Shown here one piece after another: positions 1 through 5,711 of a stretch of 8,043 nt of DNA (position 1 is the first letter of the stretch; every line of letters begins with the position of its first letter). A program made the position numbers and the translations under genes. The notes beneath the pieces were generated by a model. It saw only the letters and a program-made list of their open reading frames with translations, was not told the origin of the DNA and did no database searches. Source of the DNA: a virus (lineage: Duplodnaviria; Heunggongvirae; Uroviricota; Caudoviricetes); the IMG/VR virus record IMGVR_UViG_2617270947_000017; one strand, 5' to 3'.

Positions 1-1254
1 ATGCCAAAACTCACAGATATGCAGATCCGCGCATGGATAAAGGCGGGAAACAGATTTGATGGCAAGGCAGACGGCAACGGCCTTTATATTTGCTACCCCA
101 AAAACTACACAGTCCCGTTCTGGCGATTCCGCTATAAGCTCGCAGGAAAGCAGCGGGCTATGGTTATAGGCTCTTACTCCGAACTGTCACTATCAAAAGC
201 CAGAGAAACAGCAAAAGAGCTGTCAGCCAGAGTTGCTCTTGGCTATGACGTAGCAGCAGAGAAACAGGAACGAAAAGCTGAAGCACTGGCAAAAATGGAG
301 GCTGAGAAAAACGCCATGCGTGTTTCAGATCTGGCCTCCGAATACTTCGAGCGCCAGATACTTCCGAGATGGAAACATCCCGATATCCTTCGCCGGAGAA
401 TTGATAAGGATATTAACCCCTGCATTGGGCATATGAAGGTAGAGGACGTTAAGCCACGCCACATTGACGACATGTTGAAAGGTATCGTTGACCGAGGAGC
501 ACCAACGATAGCAACAGATGTATTACGCTGGACACGCCGTATCTTTGACTATGGGATAAAACGCCACGCTCTGGAGATAAACCCTTGTTCAGCGTTTGAA
601 GTATCTGATGCTGGTGGTAAAGAGGTTTCCCGCGACCGTTGGCTAACTCGCGATGAGCTTATCAGGCTATTCGAGGCTATGCGCACCGCAAAAGGATTCA
701 GCCGCCAAAACGAACTGACATTTAAACTATTGCTGGCACTATGCGTTCGTAAGATGGAGTTATGCGCCGCACGATGGGAAGAGTTTGATTTAGATGGTGC
801 GGTATGGCATTTGCCGGAAGAACGCAGCAAAAACGGAGACCCTATTGATATACCTCTACCTTCCCCAGCCGTTGAATGGTTGAGAGAGCTACACACCTTT
901 TCATGTAATAGCGCATGGGTGCTTCCGGCCAGGAAGATGCAAAACAGAATGATCCCACATATTCAGGAAAGCACTTTACCCGTAGCACTGGCTAAGGTTC
1001 GCGCCGAAATGCCGGATGTGCCTAATTTCACGATTCACGACTTCCGACGCACCGCACGTACTCATTTAGCAGCATTGGGTGTTGATCCTGTCGTGGCGGA
1101 ACGATGCCTCAATCATCGCATTAAGGGCGTAGAGGGGATTTATAACCGTCATCAGTATTTTGATGAGCGTAAAGCAGCACTGGCACAGTGGGCAGATCTG
1201 CTGGTGGCACTGGAAAGCGGAAAAGACTACAACGTAACGCCAATCAGAGCATGA
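1..1254 (+). CDS. Tyrosine site-specific integrase, P4-type phage integrase family (417 aa, appears complete)
   Basis: C-terminal catalytic region has the box II-like HDFRRTARTHL motif and the tyrosine region GIYNRHQYFDERKAALAQWADLL, which I recall as closely resembling the ...YNRSDYLEQRR...WADL tail of E. coli IntA-type P4 integrases. N-terminus (LTDMQIRAWIKAG...GLYICY...WRFRYK) fits the arm-binding domain of this family. ATG is at window position 1, so upstream context (att/tRNA) is not visible. Confidence 0.9.
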   Translation: MPKLTDMQIRAWIKAGNRFDGKADGNGLYICYPKNYTVPFWRFRYKLAGKQRAMVIGSYSELSLSKARETAKELSARVALGYDVAAEKQERKAEALAKMEAEKNAMRVSDLASEYFERQILPRWKHPDILRRRIDKDINPCIGHMKVEDVKPRHIDDMLKGIVDRGAPTIATDVLRWTRRIFDYGIKRHALEINPCSAFEVSDAGGKEVSRDRWLTRDELIRLFEAMRTAKGFSRQNELTFKLLLALCVRKMELCAARWEEFDLDGAVWHLPEERSKNGDPIDIPLPSPAVEWLRELHTFSCNSAWVLPARKMQNRMIPHIQESTLPVALAKVRAEMPDVPNFTIHDFRRTARTHLAALGVDPVVAERCLNHRIKGVEGIYNRHQYFDERKAALAQWADLLVALESGKDYNVTPIRA

Positions 1255-1272
1255 TGAGAGGAAATATTCATA

Positions 1273-2223
1273 ATGAAATTACCTGCGCATAAATATTATT
1301 CTTTGGATAAAGCAGCCAAACTGGCCGGATGTGAAGTATCCGATTTAATACACTATGCAGCAATTGGGGTTTTAGAAATATGTATAAAAATTCCACCTAT
1401 TGAATTGTTTTACCATTACCCAAAAAATGAAGATGCCGAGCCAGAATTACTTAAAGTTGAAACAGATAGTATTTTTCATATAGATACAAAAGCAGCACAT
1501 GAGAATTATCTCCTTGATCTGAGCAATAAGGCAGATAATCTCGAATCATATGGCTTATCATCACCTGATTATAAAAATAGCGATAACTATATGTATTTTA
1601 TGAGGTTTTCATACAAATCAGAACATTTCTCAGTTATAGAGCGATACAATGTTGGGAAGGATGAAAGAGATATCGAAAGATGGAGCGGTCTATTAGCAAT
1701 TCCGCCTGCGTTCATAGATAACGATGAGCGGGAGCTATCAGAATGGGATGATTGGGAGATCTCTGTATGCGAACTGATGCCTCCGAGATGTGACGAGTTT
1801 AGCAAATCGAATAATTATGAAATCGGAGCTTTTTATATTGACGGCTGGTATGAAATAAGCCGAAACAAAATGTATATAACTGACTATGAATACAATCTTC
1901 TTATAAATGGAGGAAAATATATTTATGACAGACCCATGCACAAACCATCCGCAAACAAGTTATCCAATGATATAAATACGCTAAAAGTTAATAAACGTGC
2001 CGAACGGTACGCAGTCAATAGGGAGAAACTATTAAAATCTGCAATTTATATACTTAGTAAGTATCCAAATGAATGCAGGGGAGAAAGGAAAGAAATAAGC
2101 CCTGAGAAGTGGCGTGACTGTCTTGTTCGTCATTTAGACGAAGTTCCACCACTTATGATAACTAATGAAGATGTAATTCTTAAACATCTACGATCTGCGG
2201 CAAATGGCAAAGTGGATAGTTAA
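1273..2223 (+). CDS. Hypothetical protein, AT-rich horizontally acquired cargo ORF (316 aa); possible N-terminal helix-turn-helix; function unknown
   Basis: Single uninterrupted 316-codon ORF; GAGG-containing RBS about 12 nt upstream of the ATG. GC by hand count on sampled 60-nt lines is about 25-33 percent, against about 45-50 percent in the integrase. Residues about 10-35 (YSLDKAAKLAGCEVSDLIHYAAIGVL) look like an HTH; the rest is rich in Tyr/Asp/Glu/Asn/Lys with no catalytic motif I recognise. Followed by a hairpin terminator. Size and position between int and alpA are reminiscent of yfjH in E. coli K-12 CP4-57 (recalled, not verified). Confidence 0.75.
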   Translation: MKLPAHKYYSLDKAAKLAGCEVSDLIHYAAIGVLEICIKIPPIELFYHYPKNEDAEPELLKVETDSIFHIDTKAAHENYLLDLSNKADNLESYGLSSPDYKNSDNYMYFMRFSYKSEHFSVIERYNVGKDERDIERWSGLLAIPPAFIDNDERELSEWDDWEISVCELMPPRCDEFSKSNNYEIGAFYIDGWYEISRNKMYITDYEYNLLINGGKYIYDRPMHKPSANKLSNDINTLKVNKRAERYAVNREKLLKSAIYILSKYPNECRGERKEISPEKWRDCLVRHLDEVPPLMITNEDVILKHLRSAANGKVDS

Positions 2224-2233
2224 CTTACTATAG

Positions 2234-2260
2234 AGGTACTGCAAAATTACAGTACCTTTT
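2234..2260 (+). terminator. Candidate Rho-independent terminator after the cargo ORF
   Basis: Stem AGGTACTG (2234-2241) pairs with CAGTACCT (2250-2257) around an 8-nt loop CAAAATTA, followed by a TTTT run ending at 2260; starts 11 nt after the cargo stop codon. The T tract is short, so strength is moderate. Confidence 0.5.
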
Positions 2261-2262
2261 CA

Positions 2263-2278
2263 TTGTATATCTATACAG
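2263..2278. promoter_or_regulatory. Palindromic operator-like site in the alpA upstream region (TGTATA-TC-TATACA; resembles an SOS/LexA box)
   Basis: 2264-2277 is a perfect 6+6 inverted repeat with a 2-bp centre. The 16-mer TTGTATATCTATACAG (2263-2278) matches the recalled LexA consensus CTGT-(AT)4-ACAG at 14 of 16 positions, but position 1 is T rather than the conserved C. Lies between the cargo terminator and the alpA start, overlapping weak candidate promoter hexamers (TTTTCA...TAGATT). Confidence 0.3.
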
Positions 2279-2329
2279 CTAGATTTCTCGTAACGAAGCA
2301 ACAACTATCGCTAAGAGGTTACGGGAATC

Positions 2330-2533
2330 ATGAACATCGACACTATCCCTACAAAAGGCTATATCAGACGCTTTCGCCTGGCTGAATTGCTGGGCGTTAG
2401 TGTATCCACCATCGACCGTAAAGTAAGAAACGGTTCACTACCACGTCCGGTAAAGCTGGGAGAAAAAATAACTGCGTTTGATGCGGTTGAGATTCACAAC
2501 TGGCTGGCAGAACGCCGCGGGAAGGTGGCCTGA
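2330..2533 (+). CDS. alpA: AlpA-family phage transcriptional regulator / excisionase-like HTH protein (67 aa)
   Basis: RFRLAELLGVSVSTIDRKVRNGSLPRPVKLGEKITAFDAVEIHNWL matches the AlpA/HTH_17 pattern (HTH, then G.FP.P.KLG, then a tryptophan-containing tail). Typical size and position downstream of a P4-type integrase. Confidence 0.85.
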   Translation: MNIDTIPTKGYIRRFRLAELLGVSVSTIDRKVRNGSLPRPVKLGEKITAFDAVEIHNWLAERRGKVA

Positions 2534-2964
2534 TGGAAAAGAAAAACCGCCCATTACAGGCGGCTAATTCAGATATTCGCGTATCTGATATTACGCCCCT
2601 TACAAAATCACTTCAAGCACCAAAGCGCACACCGAAAAAGCATCGTGCCCGAGTCTATATGCTGCGTACTGGTATAGAGGGATGGACAGAAAATGACATT
2701 CTTCGCTACTGCCGTCTGTCTTCTGGTCGTAACTATGCAACAGAGTTAGAACGCCAGCTTGGAATCACTCTGGAGCGTATCGACGAAAAGAATCCTGATG
2801 GTATCGGAACACACCTTCGCTACCGTTTCTCCTGCCGTGGTGATGTTCTGAAAGTGATCACTCATGTTAACCATCTTGCGAACATAAATGATCACAACGG
2901 ACTTTCTCAGCAGGAAATTGCCGACATTCTGAAACTCTACCCGGACGCGTTTAACGCCGCCTAA
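2533..2964 (+). CDS. Hypothetical protein (143 aa), translationally coupled to alpA
   Basis: ATG overlaps the alpA TGA stop (ATGA at 2531-2535). Basic N-terminus (PKRTPKKHRAR) suggests nucleic-acid binding. No motif I can assign. Confidence 0.65.
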   Translation: MEKKNRPLQAANSDIRVSDITPLTKSLQAPKRTPKKHRARVYMLRTGIEGWTENDILRYCRLSSGRNYATELERQLGITLERIDEKNPDGIGTHLRYRFSCRGDVLKVITHVNHLANINDHNGLSQQEIADILKLYPDAFNAA

Positions 2965-2976
2965 CGGAGACTGAAA

Positions 2977-3810
2977 ATGAACATCGAAAAAAGCAGATTA
3001 ATTTCTGAGGCCGCCCCTCATCTGAACGCCTCTCTGGGCACAATTAACGGTAATGAATTTGCCGCAATTGTCCCGGTTATTCCTGGTCATATCGGTGGGC
3101 GTGAAACCAATATTGTTAGCGCAAAAGCGTTACACAAAGCGTTGGGCGTGGGAAAAGACTTCTCTACATGGATCACTGATCGCATCTCTGAATATGACTT
3201 CACCATTGGGCACGATTACTCAGTCCATAAAACTATTTCCCCAAATTTGGGGAAAAGCCCGAATAGCGCGGCTTACAGCAAGATTAAGCACTCTGGCAGA
3301 CCCGGTAAAGACTATCTGTTAAGTGTCGGAATGGCGAAAGAACTGGCAATGATCGAACGCACCGAACAGGGCCGCGCTATCCGCCGTTATTTCATCCAGT
3401 GCGAGGAAGAATTACAGCGTAGCGTGCCTGAAATCGCCGCCCGCTATCGTCGCCAGCTAAAAGCCCGTATCAGTGCCGCAAACAACTTTAAGCCGATGTG
3501 TGATGCGCTGAATATGGCCCGTGCCGAGCTGGGTAAAACGACGCAGCAGCGCCACTACAGCAACGAGAGCAACATGATCGCCCGTATCGTGCTGGGTGGC
3601 ATGACGGCGAAGCAGTGGGCGCAGGCAAATGGCATTACTGGCGAACCACGGGACAGCATGAACGCAGCACAGCTTGAACACCTCGCCTATCTCGAAAGCA
3701 CCAATATCACGTTAATTGATATGGGCATGGAATATGAGCAGCGCAAAGGAGAACTCACCCGCCTGTCGCAACGCTGGCTCGCCAAGCGTCTGGAGGCGGT
3801 CAATGTCTAA
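2977..3810 (+). CDS. Phage antirepressor-like protein (277 aa; Ant/KilAC-type motif)
   Basis: GGAG RBS 9 nt upstream of the ATG. Central motif DYLLSVGMAKELAMIERTEQGRAIRRYFIQCEEEL is one I recall from phage antirepressor (Ant/KilA-C-type) proteins. Exact domain assignment needs an HMM search. Confidence 0.7.
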   Translation: MNIEKSRLISEAAPHLNASLGTINGNEFAAIVPVIPGHIGGRETNIVSAKALHKALGVGKDFSTWITDRISEYDFTIGHDYSVHKTISPNLGKSPNSAAYSKIKHSGRPGKDYLLSVGMAKELAMIERTEQGRAIRRYFIQCEEELQRSVPEIAARYRRQLKARISAANNFKPMCDALNMARAELGKTTQQRHYSNESNMIARIVLGGMTAKQWAQANGITGEPRDSMNAAQLEHLAYLESTNITLIDMGMEYEQRKGELTRLSQRWLAKRLEAVNV

Positions 3811-3985
3811 GCCAACAGGAACACCACAACCTCAAAAACGCTACAAAGATGCCCACGGAGCACTCGTTACTGTCGAAAGCGTGTCTCACAACCGAGTGAC
3901 GTTTTATCGCGACGGGTATCAATCGCCATGCGTACAACCGCTGGCGCGTTTCATGAAGGAGTTCGCGGAGGTTAACAAATGCTAA
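3803..3985 (+). CDS. Small hypothetical protein (60 aa), coupled to the antirepressor gene; possibly DUF4222-like
   Basis: GGAGG (3792-3796) 6 nt upstream of ATG 3803; the ATG overlaps the antirepressor stop (3808-3810). Sequence MSKPTGTPQPQKRYKDAHGALVTVESVSHNRVTFYRDGYQSPCVQPLARFMKEFAEV. The longer reading from 3716 in the ORF track overlaps the upstream gene and is less likely. Confidence 0.6.
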   Translation: MSKPTGTPQPQKRYKDAHGALVTVESVSHNRVTFYRDGYQSPCVQPLARFMKEFAEVNKC

Positions 3986-5046
3986 CCGTCCAGAAGAACA
4001 CATTTTCACTGGCTGGTATGTCGCCAAAATCCAGCAATATGACAGCAAAGTCAGGTATTAATACAGCAGATACAAGCAAAATTTATCATTTGCTGGTGGT
4101 AGGAGCGGATGCCTTAACTATGTCAGAAATTACGGGCGATGAAGTTAGCGTTGAGAAGGTCAGCGGCTGCGCCAGAGAATTTCTGGTCGTAGATGACTTT
4201 CTCTGCTCGCGTAGTGACTCCACAAAAACCTTCGTCCACACGCGCGACGTTAACGAAATGAGCGCGATGTATTGTGCATCTGGTGCTTCCAATAGTGAGT
4301 TTTCGGAGTCCATAAAAAAGAGCTTGCCGTTATGCGGCAACACGGTTTATGGTTATAAGGCACCTCATAAAACGGGTGCCGGGATTGGCGTCCTGGTAAA
4401 TCGAATGGCGACATATGACGCGCCGAGCGTCTTTTTTTATGTCGTAGGTCTGACTCACCCATTTTTTGGGCGTTGGTGTATAATCCAGCGCCTTTGTCAA
4501 TCAATGGTGGCTCAGGCAGGGGCTTCTTCGGAAGCGCCGGTATCCATTCGAGCCGGTTACGCCAACCCTGTCTGGGCTACCACCAGCGAAATTGGCGTTT
4601 CCGGTGGTAGCGTTACATGCTATCGAATGGAGGCTGCCACATGCTGGCTACTACCCCTACCCAAAAACCGCAATTTATCTGGATTATCGCCGCAGTTCGC
4701 CGCGATTGCCCGACAATTACCGCCAAAATTCATCATATTGCTGCCGAGTCTGAACGCGATGCTCGCCGTTCTCTGGTGCGCGATCACGTCTGCTTTTTTG
4801 CTGGTCGTATCCGCATGGAGGTGGCTCATGATTAAAACCTACGATGTGCATATGGATCCCCTCGAACGCACAAGCCAGATCATCACACTGACAGAAGTGA
4901 TTAACGACATTCTGGTGAGCAACTCTCCCTCACGAGACGAAAGACTGAAGGCGTTACTCGCGATATTGGATCTCGCCGTTCGTGACGTTCATTTCCTGCT
5001 GGAAGGTGGCGAAATGCCAGGAAAAACGGGGGCAACCAATGAATAA
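3979..5046 (+). CDS. Uncertain: long frame-1 ORF (355 codons), probably not one protein; 5-prime part about 3979-4430 looks coding, remainder ambiguous
   Basis: GGAGG (3966-3970) 8 nt upstream of ATG 3979, which overlaps the previous stop. Codon pattern in about 4060-4420 looks coding (G-rich first positions, common codons). The same frame then passes through a hairpin plus T7 (4417-4438) and a TGTATAAT element (4477-4484), and over 4641-4828 is rich in rare codons (CTA, AGG, ATA, CGA, TTA) while frame 3 looks coding. Frames 2 and 3 carry stops at 4313, 4293/4296/4356 and 4445. Confidence 0.3.
   Translation: MLTVQKNTFSLAGMSPKSSNMTAKSGINTADTSKIYHLLVVGADALTMSEITGDEVSVEKVSGCAREFLVVDDFLCSRSDSTKTFVHTRDVNEMSAMYCASGASNSEFSESIKKSLPLCGNTVYGYKAPHKTGAGIGVLVNRMATYDAPSVFFYVVGLTHPFFGRWCIIQRLCQSMVAQAGASSEAPVSIRAGYANPVWATTSEIGVSGGSVTCYRMEAATCWLLPLPKNRNLSGLSPQFAAIARQLPPKFIILLPSLNAMLAVLWCAITSAFLLVVSAWRWLMIKTYDVHMDPLERTSQIITLTEVINDILVSNSPSRDERLKALLAILDLAVRDVHFLLEGGEMPGKTGATNE
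4417..4438 (+). terminator. Candidate intrinsic terminator (5-bp GC-rich stem plus T7) inside the long frame-1 ORF
   Basis: GACGC (4417-4421), loop GCCGA, GCGTC (4427-4431), then TTTTTTT (4432-4438). Orientation fits the + strand only. Confidence 0.4.
4479..4484 (+). promoter_or_regulatory. Candidate -10 hexamer TATAAT (with upstream GTG) for the small-ORF/primase operon
   Basis: Perfect TATAAT at 4479-4484 preceded by GTG; no good -35 at 16-18 bp spacing, which would fit an activator-dependent promoter (possibly AlpA-dependent; inference). About 155 nt upstream of the ORF starting at 4641. Confidence 0.25.
4641..4835 (+). CDS. Small hypothetical protein (64 aa), first of the coupled small-ORF chain
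   Basis: GGAGG (4629-4633) 7 nt upstream of ATG 4641. Frame-3 codons are typical enterobacterial (CTG, GCC, CGC, ACC, GAT) whereas the overlapping frame 1 is rare-codon rich. Sequence [64 protein letters not shown]. An alternative start at 4617 is possible. Confidence 0.55.
   Translation: MLATTPTQKPQFIWIIAAVRRDCPTITAKIHHIAAESERDARRSLVRDHVCFFAGRIRMEVAHD
4828..5046 (+). CDS. Small hypothetical protein (72 aa), coupled to the upstream ORF
   Basis: GGAGG (4817-4821) 6 nt upstream of ATG 4828; the ATG overlaps the upstream TAA by 8 nt (ATGATTAA). Shares frame and stop with the long frame-1 ORF, so it could instead be the C-terminus of a longer product. Confidence 0.5.
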   Translation: MIKTYDVHMDPLERTSQIITLTEVINDILVSNSPSRDERLKALLAILDLAVRDVHFLLEGGEMPGKTGATNE

Positions 5047-5233
5047 CTCAATTAATACCCCTCGCCTTACGTCCGCACTTCAATTAATCGAGCAAGCAGC
5101 GGCTGTCCTGGTTGCTGTCAGTCTTTCGGCTGAAGAAATGGACGCTGCTGATGTCGTGGATGCGATTAAAGCGTGCTCATCTTTGGTTAACGATGCCCGT
5201 GCCGAGCTGGTAATTCTTGGGGGTGAAAAATGA
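5039..5233 (+). CDS. Small hypothetical protein (64 aa)
   Basis: GGGGG (5028-5032) 6 nt upstream of ATG 5039; overlaps the previous stop by 8 nt. The ORF track's longer start at 4982 would overlap the upstream gene by about 65 nt and lacks an RBS. Sequence [40 protein letters not shown]... Confidence 0.55.
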   Translation: MNNSINTPRLTSALQLIEQAAAVLVAVSLSAEEMDAADVVDAIKACSSLVNDARAELVILGGEK

Positions 5234-5493
5234 ATATCAACTTAATTTATCGTCATCCGTGTGAGCTGGAAATTGAATCATTGCTGGGGCGCGAAGAGCC
5301 ATATCCAGACACATTCACTCCCGCAGATTGCGCGACTGAACGGCTTACCAGAGCGCGCACAGGTCTGGTTCATGTGATGAATGAGATTGTTCCCTCGGTG
5401 GGAGGGGAACAGGCGACAGTAATCAATAGCTGGCTACAAAAAGTTACCTCCCTGATAGATATCGGTTTAATCGATGTGGAGAGTGCGAAATGA
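5230..5493 (+). CDS. Small hypothetical protein (87 aa)
   Basis: ATGA start/stop overlap with the upstream ORF (5230-5233); GGGGG 6-10 nt upstream; coding-like codon usage. Confidence 0.65.
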   Translation: MNINLIYRHPCELEIESLLGREEPYPDTFTPADCATERLTRARTGLVHVMNEIVPSVGGEQATVINSWLQKVTSLIDIGLIDVESAK

Positions 5494-5711
5494 CCAACAT
5501 CCAGCTCATTGAAGCGCAATGTCGCATCGAACAGGTTCAGACTGTTTTAGGGTTCTGGCTTGAAAGGGCCAGCCCCAGCAACAGAGACAAGTTAATGATT
5601 GGCGCGGTTATGTCACTGCTCAATGGCGTACCAGAAGCTATTCAGGAAGCGGACGAATTGTTGGGCAAATATGAGTTACAGAATCATTCAGGCGAGGCGA
5701 AACATGAATAA
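5490..5711 (+). CDS. Small hypothetical protein (73 aa)
   Basis: ATGA overlap with the upstream ORF (5490-5493); GGAGAG upstream. Confidence 0.65.
   Translation: MTNIQLIEAQCRIEQVQTVLGFWLERASPSNRDKLMIGAVMSLLNGVPEAIQEADELLGKYELQNHSGEAKHE

Noticed and set aside
243-896. Minus-strand ORFs 243-473 (76 aa) and 549-896 (115 aa)
   Set aside because: Lie entirely inside the well-supported integrase gene on the opposite strand; Ser/Cys/Arg-rich junk-like composition typical of shadow ORFs.
1587-1941. Minus-strand ORFs 1587-1805 and 1738-1941 inside the cargo gene
   Set aside because: Short, overlapping each other and the 316-aa plus-strand ORF; low-complexity Ser/Ile-rich translations; no RBS seen.
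3053-3322. Plus-strand alternative-frame ORF (89 aa) inside the antirepressor gene
   Set aside because: Out-of-frame overlap with a gene carrying recognisable motifs; no independent start signals.
3457-3681. Minus-strand ORF (74 aa) inside the antirepressor gene
   Set aside because: Antisense shadow ORF within a confident CDS.
3716-3802. Upstream extension of the small ORF to an ATG at 3716
   Set aside because: Would overlap the antirepressor coding region by about 90 nt; the ATG at 3803 has a GGAGG RBS and overlaps the upstream stop, so it is the more plausible start.
3800-4504. Minus-strand ORFs 3800-4048, 4086-4343 and 4250-4504
   Set aside because: No convincing start context and Cys/Trp/Ser/Arg-rich translations. 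They probably reflect the same stop-poor composition that keeps frame 1 open. Not fully excluded, since the coding status of this region is itself uncertain.
4620-4829. Minus-strand ORF (69 aa) antisense to the 4641-4835 small ORF
   Set aside because: The plus-strand frame-3 ORF has a strong RBS and good codon usage; the antisense ORF has neither.
4982-5038. Longer start (4982) for the 5039-5233 ORF
   Set aside because: Would overlap the upstream ORF by about 65 nt and gives a hydrophobic, Cys/Trp-containing N-terminal extension; ATG 5039 has a G-rich RBS and the 8-nt coupling overlap typical of this operon.
5599-5703. Longer start (5599) for the 200-aa ORF
   Set aside because: Would overlap the preceding 73-aa ORF by more than 100 nt with a Cys/Arg-rich extension; ATG 5704 has a GAGG RBS and overlaps the upstream stop.
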